From the NCBI GenBank assembly GCA_965662845.1, contig CBFIJD010000005.1, positions 32,001 through 96,000 of the forward strand: DNA of 64,000 bases, written 5' to 3'. A model generated the notes under the pieces. It saw only the letters and a list, made by a program, of their open reading frames with translations. It made no database searches and was not told where the DNA came from. Position numbers and translations under genes: made by a program. How positions within the stretch are numbered: the stretch's first letter is position 1; each line of letters begins with the position of its first letter. The stretch is from an uncultured bacterium (lineage in GTDB: Bacteria; SAR324; NAC60-12). Shown one piece after another: positions 19,095 through 28,369 of this stretch.

Positions 19095-20411
19095 TTAGAA
19101 CTCAAATTCCATCATACGAAAGATGCGGTCTGCATTCTGGCGCGACAATTCACGGAAGGTGTCCAGATGAGCATAAGCTGATTGATCTATATTGTACGCT
19201 TCTTGTAGCCCCCCCATGTTCTCGATAATTTGGCCAATCTCGCTGCGCATGTACGCGATGTAATCGACCGTGTATTTCTTCACCTCGGCCATATTGGTCG
19301 GCCCGCCGTGCCCTGGAATCACAATCTCCGCTTCTAACGCCTCCAAGTTCTCCCAAGTTTCTAACCAACCTGCGGTGTCGGTGTCTTCAAACACAGGCAG
19401 CAGACGCTCGTGAAACGCGATGTCTCCGGTAATCACCAGCTTTTGCTTCGGCAGCCACAACAAGATGTCACCTGGGCCGTGCGCAGGGCCGATGTATTTG
19501 GCCTCAAAGCGCTCTCCTCCCAAATCAATCGCCCACTCCTCGGAGAAGACGATGTCGGGTTCGGTCAACTCCGTGCCCAAGGCTTTGTCACGTCGTCCGC
19601 GCTGCATGCGCTCCAGGATGTCTTCGCCCTGCTTCTTCATTTTGGCAGCAGCGAGCTCGTGCGCCACGATCTGTGCGCCCTGCTCTTGCCAATAGTGCGA
19701 CCCCAACATGGCGTGCCCTTGTGCGTTCTCCAGCACCACATATTTCACGGGTTGGTCTGTGACTTTGCGGATTTCCTCGTGTAGGGCTCGGGCGAGCAGG
19801 GCGTTGTCGCTCGCGTTCATGACCACGACGCCTTCGCTGGTCACAATAAAAGACAGGTTGTTGTTGTGCCCAGAGTTTTCGTAGCTTGGGGGCGCGGTGG
19901 CGCCGATTGCCGAGTATACGTTGTCAGTGACCTGCTGAGGCAGGCGATACAGGATAGAGTTGGGCGCATGATCTGGAACCTCGACGGGATTCCCCGCGTC
20001 GCGCCACTGAAAAAAGCCATCTTCGTAATTCGCGACATTTGTATAGCCCATGTCCATCAGGGTCTTGGCTGCCAGAGGACTGCGCTGGTTGACGCCACAA
20101 AACACCACGATCGGGTCTTCTTTGCTGCGGACGTTCTCTTCGATACGAAATTCCAACCAACCGCGAGGGATGTTGATGCTCTGGGCCGCGTCGATGGTTC
20201 CGCCAAGCGTGTTGATCTCATCGGCAGAGCGGACATCAATCACATACAAGTTCGGGTTCTCTTGTAAGCGGCGCTTCAGCTCAGCGGTGTTGATGTTCTC
20301 AATTTGCGGGTTGATTTGTTCTAGCAGCTCAGGGCCGCTGGGTTGGGTTTGCGCTTGTGGAGCCGTGACGAGAGTTGCCCACAACAAACTCGCGATGAAA
20401 AGACGTCGCAT
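19095..20411 (-). CDS. Secreted rhodanese plus MBL-fold (SoxH-like) fusion protein
   Basis: Signal peptide; rhodanese (IDVR, FCGVNQRS, DGFFQW); MBL fold (NSGHNNNLSFIV, ENAQGH, AHGPGD, GD.AF, IPGHG). Confidence 0.8.
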   Translation of the reverse strand: MRRLFIASLLWATLVTAPQAQTQPSGPELLEQINPQIENINTAELKRRLQENPNLYVIDVRSADEINTLGGTIDAAQSINIPRGWLEFRIEENVRSKEDPIVVFCGVNQRSPLAAKTLMDMGYTNVANYEDGFFQWRDAGNPVEVPDHAPNSILYRLPQQVTDNVYSAIGATAPPSYENSGHNNNLSFIVTSEGVVVMNASDNALLARALHEEIRKVTDQPVKYVVLENAQGHAMLGSHYWQEQGAQIVAHELAAAKMKKQGEDILERMQRGRRDKALGTELTEPDIVFSEEWAIDLGGERFEAKYIGPAHGPGDILLWLPKQKLVITGDIAFHERLLPVFEDTDTAGWLETWENLEALEAEIVIPGHGGPTNMAEVKKYTVDYIAYMRSEIGQIIENMGGLQEAYNIDQSAYAHLDTFRELSRQNADRIFRMMEFEF

Positions 20412-20629
20412 CAGTCCTCCCTAAATATTTGGATACTTGAGTAAATAGAAAAGCAGAGAAGTTGCCGTCGAACGTAAGAAAAGGAAAGAGATTTTTGCAA
20501 AGAGAGGAGGGGTGGCCGCTCGTCGCGACGGGCCAAGGCGCTCTGGGGAGAGCAAGGCGGAAGGAACACTTTTGCGGGTGAACGGGGAGGTGAGCAGGCA
20601 AGCTGGGCCGCCGAAGCGAGCCGGGGAGT

Positions 20630-22108
20630 TTATTTGGCCATTGGCAACGAGACGGTGAAGGTTGTGCCGCACCCCTCTTCGGACTCAAGGTCGATCCGGC
20701 CGTTGTGTTCCTCGACGATCCTGCGCACGATGGACATGCCCAGCCCTGTGCCTTTGCCCCGCTCTTTGGTGGTGAAAAAAGAGTCAAAGATCCGCTTCTT
20801 CACCGCGGGTGGCATCCCTGATCCTGTGTCTTGGACTGAGGCGCACAAGCTGTTTCCTTCCTGCCAAGTACGAATCGTCAGCTGTCGCTTCGGGGCGCCC
20901 TCCATGGCGTCGCGGGCGTTGTTGATCAGATTGGTAAAGACCTGCTCCAGTTGGCCGGGCTGTCCGAGCAAAGGGGGCAGCGCCTCATCAATCTCCGTCT
21001 GCAATTTGACATTGGACTGCTTCAACGTGTGCTGCACCATCAGCAGGGTGCTCTGCAAAATCTCATGGAGGTGGCACTCTTGCTTGGGGGCGCCGGCTTC
21101 GTTGCGGGAAAAGTTCCGAATTTGCTGCAACAGCGTCATGGACTTGTCCACAATGCGCATCATGTCGTTGAGCTTTCGCTTCAGCTGCTCGGGTTGCAGC
21201 GTCTGGATCTCTAGCATTTGCAGCTGCATCTCAATCTTCAAACGCAGCGCGGAGAGAGGCGATTTCATCTCATGCGCTAAGCTTGCCGAGACTTCGCCGA
21301 TGGAAGCCAGCTTAGCCGTGTGCAGCACGGCCTGCTGCGCCTGCTTCAGCTCGCGCAAATCTTCCAGCTGCACGACCACCGCTGACAGCTCACCGTCCTC
21401 GTCAAAGGAAGCGGTGACGCTCTCCCGCAAAGCGATCGGCTCTCTCTCGGAGTTGAGATAGATGCGCTCTTGCTGCAAGCGCTCGAATTTGTGCCGCATG
21501 AGCTGCATCATTTTGCGCTTAGCGTCGTTGCGGTGGGCATCTTCTAGCAACTCAAAGATCAGCACTCCTTCTAGGCTCTGTCGTTCGAGCAGCGTCTCGG
21601 CGGCCTCGTTCGCATAGGTCACGACCCCGTCGGCGTTCAACAAGAGCACGCCGTGATAGGCCTTCTCAATGGCGGCTTGCAGGCGCTGGTGTAGCTTTTG
21701 GTGGGAGTGTCGGGCTTCCAGCTGCGAAGTCACATCTTGGGCGATTCCTTTCACGAGGTGCACTTCTCCGTCTTCGCCGACCACGGGGTCAGCATAGAGC
21801 CGAAGCCAGCAGACGTCGCGCTCAGGGTGCAGCATCTGCACATCGCATTGCTGTAGGGTCATCGTCGCCTGCGCCTGCGTGAGCTGTTGTTGTAAGCGCT
21901 TGCGAAAGTGAGGATGGGTGAGCTGCTGCAAGCGCTCTAGGCTGGGGCTTCCCTCTTCTGCGATCCCCAAAATCGAGAACAACTCTGGGCTCCACTCCAT
22001 CGTTTGTGTGGTAGGGTGCAAGGTCCAAGGGGCGGAACGCGTCAGGCGATAGGTGCGCTGCAACCACTCTTCGGTCGCGAGGGGGGCGTCAGAACGTATG
22101 GAGTCCAT
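20630..22108 (-). CDS. Cytoplasmic PAS-domain histidine kinase
   Basis: Two PAS/PAC domains; AHEMKSP, NLINNARDA, DTGSG, FFTTK..GKGTGLG. Confidence 0.92.
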   Translation of the reverse strand: MDSIRSDAPLATEEWLQRTYRLTRSAPWTLHPTTQTMEWSPELFSILGIAEEGSPSLERLQQLTHPHFRKRLQQQLTQAQATMTLQQCDVQMLHPERDVCWLRLYADPVVGEDGEVHLVKGIAQDVTSQLEARHSHQKLHQRLQAAIEKAYHGVLLLNADGVVTYANEAAETLLERQSLEGVLIFELLEDAHRNDAKRKMMQLMRHKFERLQQERIYLNSEREPIALRESVTASFDEDGELSAVVVQLEDLRELKQAQQAVLHTAKLASIGEVSASLAHEMKSPLSALRLKIEMQLQMLEIQTLQPEQLKRKLNDMMRIVDKSMTLLQQIRNFSRNEAGAPKQECHLHEILQSTLLMVQHTLKQSNVKLQTEIDEALPPLLGQPGQLEQVFTNLINNARDAMEGAPKRQLTIRTWQEGNSLCASVQDTGSGMPPAVKKRIFDSFFTTKERGKGTGLGMSIVRRIVEEHNGRIDLESEEGCGTTFTVSLPMAK

Positions 22109-22352
22109 GATTCTTCGAGAGACGATAATTCGGGGGAGTTTGGGTGGGCGGTGTCAGCGTCTGTGGTTCTGACAACCGGCAAATGTGCGCAGACCCTAAC
22201 AGATTCAACTTGCCGCTGTCTGCAAGATTTTCAGCGTTGGAGGAAAAATGCCTTGAACGCGGCCGACGCCAATCCGCTTGTTTGTTTGTGGTGACGTGAT
22301 AGAAAGCTGCATTTTTGTCACAAACTCAACTTCTCCTTGTCGACGATGCCTC

Positions 22353-24941
22353 ATGTCCTCTGCTGCTCCTACTTCTTACTCTTGGCTAGAACACCTGCCT
22401 GAAATCGCATTGATCCTCAATTCAAAGGCGGAGTTAATCGCGGCGAACTCCCGCCTGCACAAGCTGCGATGCACGGGGCAAAACTTTGGGTTTTTGCGGC
22501 CTCCGCACCCGACTCCGGCTGGGTGGCAGCACGTGCACAACGCTGAGGACCCAGCGCAGGCTTGGCGCGTTCGCTGGAAGGAGATGACGCTGCGAGATCA
22601 AACAGAAGGCTGGCTGATTCTGCTGCATCCACAAGAGGAAGCGATCGGCGCTGTGGAAGACGGCTCGCTCAAGCGGTTGCAGCTGGCCCAATCGGTCGCA
22701 GGCATTGGCACGTGGGAGCTTGACCTGCGCACCTATCAATTGAGCTGGGATGAGGTCTGTTTGAGGATTTATGGTCTGGAAGCCGGCGAGGTCTTAACGC
22801 AAGAAGAGTGGGCTCAGATGGTTCATCCTGATGACCTGCCCGAGATTTGGCGTTTGAACGAAGAAGCCATCCGCACACGGCAGCCGTATGCGCAGACTTA
22901 TCGCATCTTTAACAAGCAAGGGGCGCTGCGCTACACCGCAGTGAACGCGACCTATCAGTTTGAGGATCACGAGCCTGTGCGCATGCTCGGCATCTGTCGG
23001 GATGTGACCGAAGAGCTGGAGCAGCGACAAATCCTGCAATCTGCCCTCAAGGCTGCGAAAGCCGGCGTGTTTCAGTTTGACCTCGCGACACAGAAGGTGC
23101 GCTGGTCAGACGAGCTGTATGACATGATGGGCGTGCCGCGCGAGCGCGCAATCGACTTTGAGCTGTTCCAGCAGGTGACGCACCCCGATGATCATCCGGC
23201 CTTGCAGGCTGCCATCGAGAGATCCATACAAACCGGCGAACCCTACGAGATCATTCACCGCAACATTCGCTTGGATGGCAAAGAGATCGTATGCCGAGGA
23301 ACCGGTGTGCCCGTCTATAACGAGCAGGGGCAACCCACAGGACTGCTCGGGGTCGGACAAGAAATCACCCAGCTCGTCGCACAAGAAAAAGAGCTCAGTC
23401 GCCTAAATGCAGAGCTAGAGCAGCAGCTGCAATGGTTCCGATATAGCGCCAACAGCACGCGCCTCAGTCCATACCGCGTCAATGTGCAAACTCACCAAAT
23501 TCACTTCTTGGATATGTCTTATCGAGACATCCTCCCGATGACGTCGGACTATCCCCCAGAGTTGATCAAAGACTTTTGGCCGGTCTATCTCGTTGAGTGG
23601 ATACTCGCTGAAGACCGAGAGCAGTATCTCGCGTTGCTGCAAAACGCCCTCATTCGCGTGGAGTCTTACGACGTCACATACCGCGTTTGGAATGGCACAG
23701 CGCTGCGCTGGGTCCGTGATGTGGGCGCGCCCTATGAGACGGAAAACGGCGAGATTTACATCTTTGGTTCGCTGCAAGACGTGACCGACTTGGTGACCCT
23801 GCGTGAGAGCGTTGCTCAGCAAGAGGCCCGCTTCCGCGCCACGATCGAACAAGCGCCTTACGGCATGCTCTTCCTCCGCCCAGAAGGCCAAATTCTGTAT
23901 GCCAATCCGCCCGTACAACAGTGGCTGGGAGAAGAAGCTCTCCAAGGGCAACGCTTGCAACATCTGGTGCACCCAGCAGACGCCGCACAACTAGAGGAGA
24001 CGTTCCAGAACGTGTTGCGCAGCGATGTGGTGACCACGGAGTGTGAACTGCGGATGAGAGGGAGCGCGGAAGAGTGGCTGCCGCTACGCCTGAGTCTCTC
24101 CTCTGCGCACGACGACACGGGCGCGTTGACGTTCCTCATCGGGAGCCTGCAAGACCTCCGCGAACTCAAACTCACACAAGAAGCCCTGATGCAGTCCGCA
24201 AAGCTAGCCAGCTTGGGCGAAGCCGCTGCGAGCATCGCTCACGAACTCAAATCCCCGCTCGCCGCCATCCGGATGAAAGCCGAGATTCTGGGACAGTTGA
24301 CCTCGCTCCCGACGTTCAAGCCCGAGCACCTGCCTCAAAAGCTAGGAGAGATTGTCACCATCGTAGATCGGTCGCTCTCTGTCTTGCAGCAAATGCGAGA
24401 CTTCTCACGGAAAGAGAGCAGCGCCACGGAGGCAGACGAGCGGCAAGAAGTCTTCACGCTGTCAGAGTTGATGGAAGGGGTCATGTTGATCGCCGGTGGC
24501 ACGCTCCGACAAGCGGGGATTCAAGTGGTGCAGGACTTCCCGAAGGAGCTGTCGCCTCTCATTGGCAACCGAACCAAGCTCGAACAAGTGTTTGTGAACC
24601 TCTGCAACAACGCCCGCGATGCGATGGAAGAGAGCGAACAGCGGCTGTTGAAGCTACAGGCGGTCCAGCACAGGGACATGGTTCAGCTGCAATTGAGCGA
24701 CACCGGGTGCGGGATGCCTCCCGAAGTGCTCGCCAATCTCTTTCGGGCGTTCTTCACCACCAAAGCGCGCGGCAAGGGCACAGGGCTTGGGACTTCCATC
24801 ATCAAACGCATTGTCGAAGAGCACGGCGGACGAATCACGGTCGAGAGTGAGGTCAACGTGGGCACGACCTTCACGCTCACTCTGCCTGGTGTCCCTGAGG
24901 AACCTCAACAGCGCGCGCCTGCTCCGTCTGCTGCCGACTGA
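22353..24941 (+). CDS. Cytoplasmic multi-PAS histidine kinase
   Basis: About four PAS/PAC repeats (GTWELD, VHPDD); AHELKSP, NLCNNARDA, GKGTGLG; start uncertain. Confidence 0.92.
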   Translation: MSSAAPTSYSWLEHLPEIALILNSKAELIAANSRLHKLRCTGQNFGFLRPPHPTPAGWQHVHNAEDPAQAWRVRWKEMTLRDQTEGWLILLHPQEEAIGAVEDGSLKRLQLAQSVAGIGTWELDLRTYQLSWDEVCLRIYGLEAGEVLTQEEWAQMVHPDDLPEIWRLNEEAIRTRQPYAQTYRIFNKQGALRYTAVNATYQFEDHEPVRMLGICRDVTEELEQRQILQSALKAAKAGVFQFDLATQKVRWSDELYDMMGVPRERAIDFELFQQVTHPDDHPALQAAIERSIQTGEPYEIIHRNIRLDGKEIVCRGTGVPVYNEQGQPTGLLGVGQEITQLVAQEKELSRLNAELEQQLQWFRYSANSTRLSPYRVNVQTHQIHFLDMSYRDILPMTSDYPPELIKDFWPVYLVEWILAEDREQYLALLQNALIRVESYDVTYRVWNGTALRWVRDVGAPYETENGEIYIFGSLQDVTDLVTLRESVAQQEARFRATIEQAPYGMLFLRPEGQILYANPPVQQWLGEEALQGQRLQHLVHPADAAQLEETFQNVLRSDVVTTECELRMRGSAEEWLPLRLSLSSAHDDTGALTFLIGSLQDLRELKLTQEALMQSAKLASLGEAAASIAHELKSPLAAIRMKAEILGQLTSLPTFKPEHLPQKLGEIVTIVDRSLSVLQQMRDFSRKESSATEADERQEVFTLSELMEGVMLIAGGTLRQAGIQVVQDFPKELSPLIGNRTKLEQVFVNLCNNARDAMEESEQRLLKLQAVQHRDMVQLQLSDTGCGMPPEVLANLFRAFFTTKARGKGTGLGTSIIKRIVEEHGGRITVESEVNVGTTFTLTLPGVPEEPQQRAPAPSAAD

Positions 24942-25966
24942 AACTCCCACCGCTCTGGCAGCGCAAGCTCGGCTCCTGCCACATATTCTCGAAACGCCGG
25001 CTGGAGCGCATCCCGCACGATCCAGTTCCCGGTGTCTAAGCCGACCGCAGGGCTCTCTTCGACCTCACAGGCGGCGATCAGCGCAATCCATAGCAACCCC
25101 CACCCGCTCTCAAAACAACTGCTCAGCACTGGAGTGACCTGCGCCGCTCGCGCCGCTTGAATCCAATGCCGGGCTGCGGCCCACCCACCGAGCGCAGCGG
25201 GCTTGAGCACAATCGCTCGCACTGCGTGCTTGAGGGAGTCCCACCGCTCTGGTGTGCATTGCAGCGTTTCATCTAGCGCCAACGGCACGCTGACTCGCGA
25301 GGCTAACTCTGCGAGCCGCTCACTGTCTTGCAACGGCTCTTCGCAATACGCGATGTGGCAATCGGCGACCTCAGCTAAGACGCGCAGAGCTTCGCTCCAA
25401 GTCCAGGCACGGTTCGCGTCCAAGCGCAGCTCTGCCTCTGGAAAGCGTTCTCGCACCAGACGCACCCGCGCAATGTCTTCGTCTGACGATAAGCGCCCCA
25501 CTTTGATTTTATAGGCTGGGAAGTGCGGGGCTGTCGTCAAGGCTTGCTCTAACTCCTGAAGCGGAGCAGCCACTAAGCCGTTCAAACGGACTGGGAATTG
25601 GGGCGGCGGGCGCATCCAGCTCTTCAGCGGAGCGGGCTCTCGTAACGCTTGCGCGTGAAACGCACACATTTCAAAGCCGTTCTTCACAGACGGAGGCAGG
25701 GCTTGAAACGCGGGCAGTGCCGAGAGGGCTCGCCAGTCGCACTCCTCGCGGAGCGACGCGACGAGCCAAGGCAGCGACCGTTGAGCGATGTGCTCGGCCG
25801 TCTCTAAGTCTTCTTGATGCAAACCTGCGAGCGGGGCAATCTCTCCGACGGCCAGCCCGTCAGGAGTCTCGACTTGTAAGAAGAGGACTTGCCGCAGCGA
25901 GGCGTGAGGGCCAGAGGTGAGGGGGCGATCAAAGCGCAGCGCGAAGCGTCGGAGCGAGGCGTTCAC
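24905..25966 (-). CDS. menC: o-succinylbenzoate synthase
   Basis: GEIAPL.GLH.E, KIKVG, LRLDANRAW, EEP, ALDE, LKP..GG and SSCFES motifs. Confidence 0.85.
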   Translation of the reverse strand: MNASLRRFALRFDRPLTSGPHASLRQVLFLQVETPDGLAVGEIAPLAGLHQEDLETAEHIAQRSLPWLVASLREECDWRALSALPAFQALPPSVKNGFEMCAFHAQALREPAPLKSWMRPPPQFPVRLNGLVAAPLQELEQALTTAPHFPAYKIKVGRLSSDEDIARVRLVRERFPEAELRLDANRAWTWSEALRVLAEVADCHIAYCEEPLQDSERLAELASRVSVPLALDETLQCTPERWDSLKHAVRAIVLKPAALGGWAAARHWIQAARAAQVTPVLSSCFESGWGLLWIALIAACEVEESPAVGLDTGNWIVRDALQPAFREYVAGAELALPERWEFQSAADGAGARC

Positions 25967-26148
25967 GCGGAGCTTTCCGCGCCGGACTTGGGCGTAAAGT
26001 TGAAGCAGGGTTTCCCAGAGACTTGCAGCACATATTGGGAGGGTTCAAGGCGAGTTTTGAAGCCGAGTTTGCGGCAGCCATAAGGCGCGTGGGGGTCCCA
26101 AGTGATCTGGTAAAAGCGGCATTGTCGGCAGCGGACGACGTCAGACAT
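25963..26148 (-). CDS. Small Cys-rich (putative metal-binding) protein
   Basis: CRQC.FYQITWD...PYGC...GFK...PS..V...SG..C; overlaps the menC start. Confidence 0.75.
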   Translation of the reverse strand: MSDVVRCRQCRFYQITWDPHAPYGCRKLGFKTRLEPSQYVLQVSGKPCFNFTPKSGAESSA

Positions 26149-26149
26149 T

Positions 26150-27394
26150 TCAGGCAGAGGAGGATAGTTTTTGCGTGAGTTTCTGGACGACCATTTCGAG
26201 TTCTTGTCCGGTGAAAGTCGCGCCCGCGTTGTTTTCCAGAAATTCGTCGAGCTTGAGCAAAAACTGATGCTTGTGCACGTCTAGTTTGAGGTTCTCATAG
26301 CGATCGACCACCTGAAAGACGGAGATCGGCTCGCTGAAGCCTTCGACGCTGATCTCTGCTTGGCGGGCACAGGCGATGGCGTGACGGATGAGTTCATGCG
26401 TGTATTGCGACACCAAAATTTGGTCGCCGGTCCCGCTCTTGCCCAGCTGTCGCGCGATGCGCAGTTGATAGCCTAAGAGCGTGTAATGCTCGTGATTTTC
26501 TAAGCCGAGGGTGCCGACCAAACAGTGCCCTGTGTTGATGCCGATGCGCATCTCAACCCGCCGCGCGATGCCGTACTTTTCCCAGCTGTGTTGCAGATCA
26601 CGCAGACGCTCGCGCATCTGTAACGCGGCGCTTACACAGGCCAGCGCGTCTTCCTGCGCCCCTTTGCTGCTGGGTGCCCCGAAAAACGCAGTGATGATGT
26701 CACCGCCTAAGCGATCCAGCAGCCCTCCATTTTGGAGCACGACCTCGCCCATCACAGCGTAGTATTCATTGAGCAGCTCCATGATTTGGGAGGCTTCGAG
26801 TCGCTCGGTAATCTCTGAGAAGCCCACGATGTCACAGACCAACACGCTCACACGCATGCGTTTGGCTTCGGTCGGCAGCGGCTGGGATGCCAGCAGCGGG
26901 TGCAAGATCTGTGGTGGCAGGTAGGGCGCCAGCTTTTGCTGCAAATCGGCGGGTACGGCGCCGTTGACCGCTTCATGGGAGGGCGCTGCGAGCTGCCCTT
27001 GGAGCTGTCGCTCGGCCATGATTTTGCCGATGGCCAAACGTAGCGTCACTTCGAGCTGTAGCTGCTTCCAGGGCTTGAGGATAAACCCGAGCGGATTGGT
27101 TCGATCTGCGCGTTGACGGGTGGTCTCGTCAGGGTTCCCTGTGATGAAGATGGTGGGGAGGTCGTTGCCTGCTTCCAGGAGCTTTTTGCGGGTTTCGATC
27201 CCGTCAATTTGTCCGTCGAGCGAAATGTCCATGAGGATCAAATCCGGCGTTGGCGCGTCTTTCAGCAGGTGCAAAGCCTCTTCGCCAGAGGTGACGTTGC
27301 CGACCACTTCGTAGCCAAGAGTGCGGAGATTATCCGCCAAGGAAATCGAGAGAATGACCGAGTCCTCAACGATGAGAATCTTGGGAGTATGCAT
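26150..27394 (-). CDS. Response regulator receiver fused to a class III nucleotide cyclase domain
   Basis: REC domain (VED, MDI, ITG, KP); cyclase domain (CDIVGFS, GD, RIGINTG). Confidence 0.9.
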   Translation of the reverse strand: MHTPKILIVEDSVILSISLADNLRTLGYEVVGNVTSGEEALHLLKDAPTPDLILMDISLDGQIDGIETRKKLLEAGNDLPTIFITGNPDETTRQRADRTNPLGFILKPWKQLQLEVTLRLAIGKIMAERQLQGQLAAPSHEAVNGAVPADLQQKLAPYLPPQILHPLLASQPLPTEAKRMRVSVLVCDIVGFSEITERLEASQIMELLNEYYAVMGEVVLQNGGLLDRLGGDIITAFFGAPSSKGAQEDALACVSAALQMRERLRDLQHSWEKYGIARRVEMRIGINTGHCLVGTLGLENHEHYTLLGYQLRIARQLGKSGTGDQILVSQYTHELIRHAIACARQAEISVEGFSEPISVFQVVDRYENLKLDVHKHQFLLKLDEFLENNAGATFTGQELEMVVQKLTQKLSSSA

Positions 27395-27425
27395 GGAGAG
27401 TCTCGACGGTGGGAGAGTGAACGGT

Positions 27426-27893
27426 TTATTTGTTTTCGTAGAGTGGGGTTGCCACGCGAATGGCGTCGCTGATGCGGTCGCGCTCTTTCATCAGTTTGAG
27501 CGCTTGATCTCCCCAATTCATCACTAACCGAGAAGTCTCTTGATCGAAGCCTAGCTTCTCACAGAGGTATTTGAAGTGCGCATACTCGGAGCGTCGGATG
27601 CTGCCGTCGACAACAGCGATCATCGCGAGGTAAAAGAAAATGTCTGCCAAATACGCGCGGTCACTGGTGAGAAAGGGGACTTCGATTCGCTCACGGCGCT
27701 GTGCTTTGGCGAGCAGCTCGGCCTTTTCGTCTTCATGATCTAGCAGGCTCACAGCGTCTTGGAGCAGCTGAATTTCATTGGGGTCTAGGTCGTTGTCAGT
27801 GAGGACCATGCCAATCATCGCGTAAGCCATCCACTTGCGTCCTTCAGAAGACAAATTTTGCAGAAAAGACGAATCGAGTTTCAGTTCATACAT
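27426..27893 (-). CDS. TerB-like protein
   Basis: MVLTDNDLDPNEI..L and IAVVDGSI..SE helix-loop motifs; start MYELK. Confidence 0.7.
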   Translation of the reverse strand: MYELKLDSSFLQNLSSEGRKWMAYAMIGMVLTDNDLDPNEIQLLQDAVSLLDHEDEKAELLAKAQRRERIEVPFLTSDRAYLADIFFYLAMIAVVDGSIRRSEYAHFKYLCEKLGFDQETSRLVMNWGDQALKLMKERDRISDAIRVATPLYENK

Positions 27894-28362
27894 TGGGCTT
27901 CTCTTGAGAAGAGTTGGTGAGTAGGCGTTGTCGGGCTTCTGCAGAGAGGAGCTGACAGTGGGTGACGGAACCAAACCAACGCAGGCGATGTTTTGCCACA
28001 AAACGATACAAGCGATCCAGAACCTTCATCGGGATGCGGTGGAGCATCCAAGCCAGCCAGTGCCCGCCAGTGCCCAAGTGTCGCAGCGTTTGCAGCACTG
28101 CGCGACCTTCCCAATAGAGCGCTTGCGCTTCCACGAGGATGACGCTGTCGGGGAGTGGGCTCTCTAGTTGAAAGCTCCGAACTATACGGCCAGCCTCAGG
28201 AGACTGCAAGGAAGCAAAGTGCAGCGTCCTTTTTGTGTCGAACCAGCAGAGGCAGCGGACGGTGCGGTTGCACAACACACAGTCGCCATCAAATAACAAT
28301 AGCGGGGTCTGCTGCGACCAGTCGTGAGGTTGGGGGAGCGCCGCGTTGGGTTCGATGCGCAT
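27886..28362 (-). CDS. DCC family thiol-disulfide oxidoreductase (DUF393)
   Basis: LFDGDCVLCN, FASLQS and D.LYRFVA.HR..WFG motifs. Confidence 0.9.
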   Translation of the reverse strand: MRIEPNAALPQPHDWSQQTPLLLFDGDCVLCNRTVRCLCWFDTKRTLHFASLQSPEAGRIVRSFQLESPLPDSVILVEAQALYWEGRAVLQTLRHLGTGGHWLAWMLHRIPMKVLDRLYRFVAKHRLRWFGSVTHCQLLSAEARQRLLTNSSQEKPNV

Positions 28363-28369
28363 GCTGGAT

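Noticed and set aside
20634..21461. Long antisense or alternate-frame ORFs (also 24074-24850, 31899-32516, 43697-44356)
   Set aside because: Shadows of real genes, expected from codon bias in GC-rich DNA.
22470..22505. GQNFGFLR, resembling the LOV motif GRNCRFLQ
   Set aside because: The photoactive Cys and other flavin-binding residues are absent.
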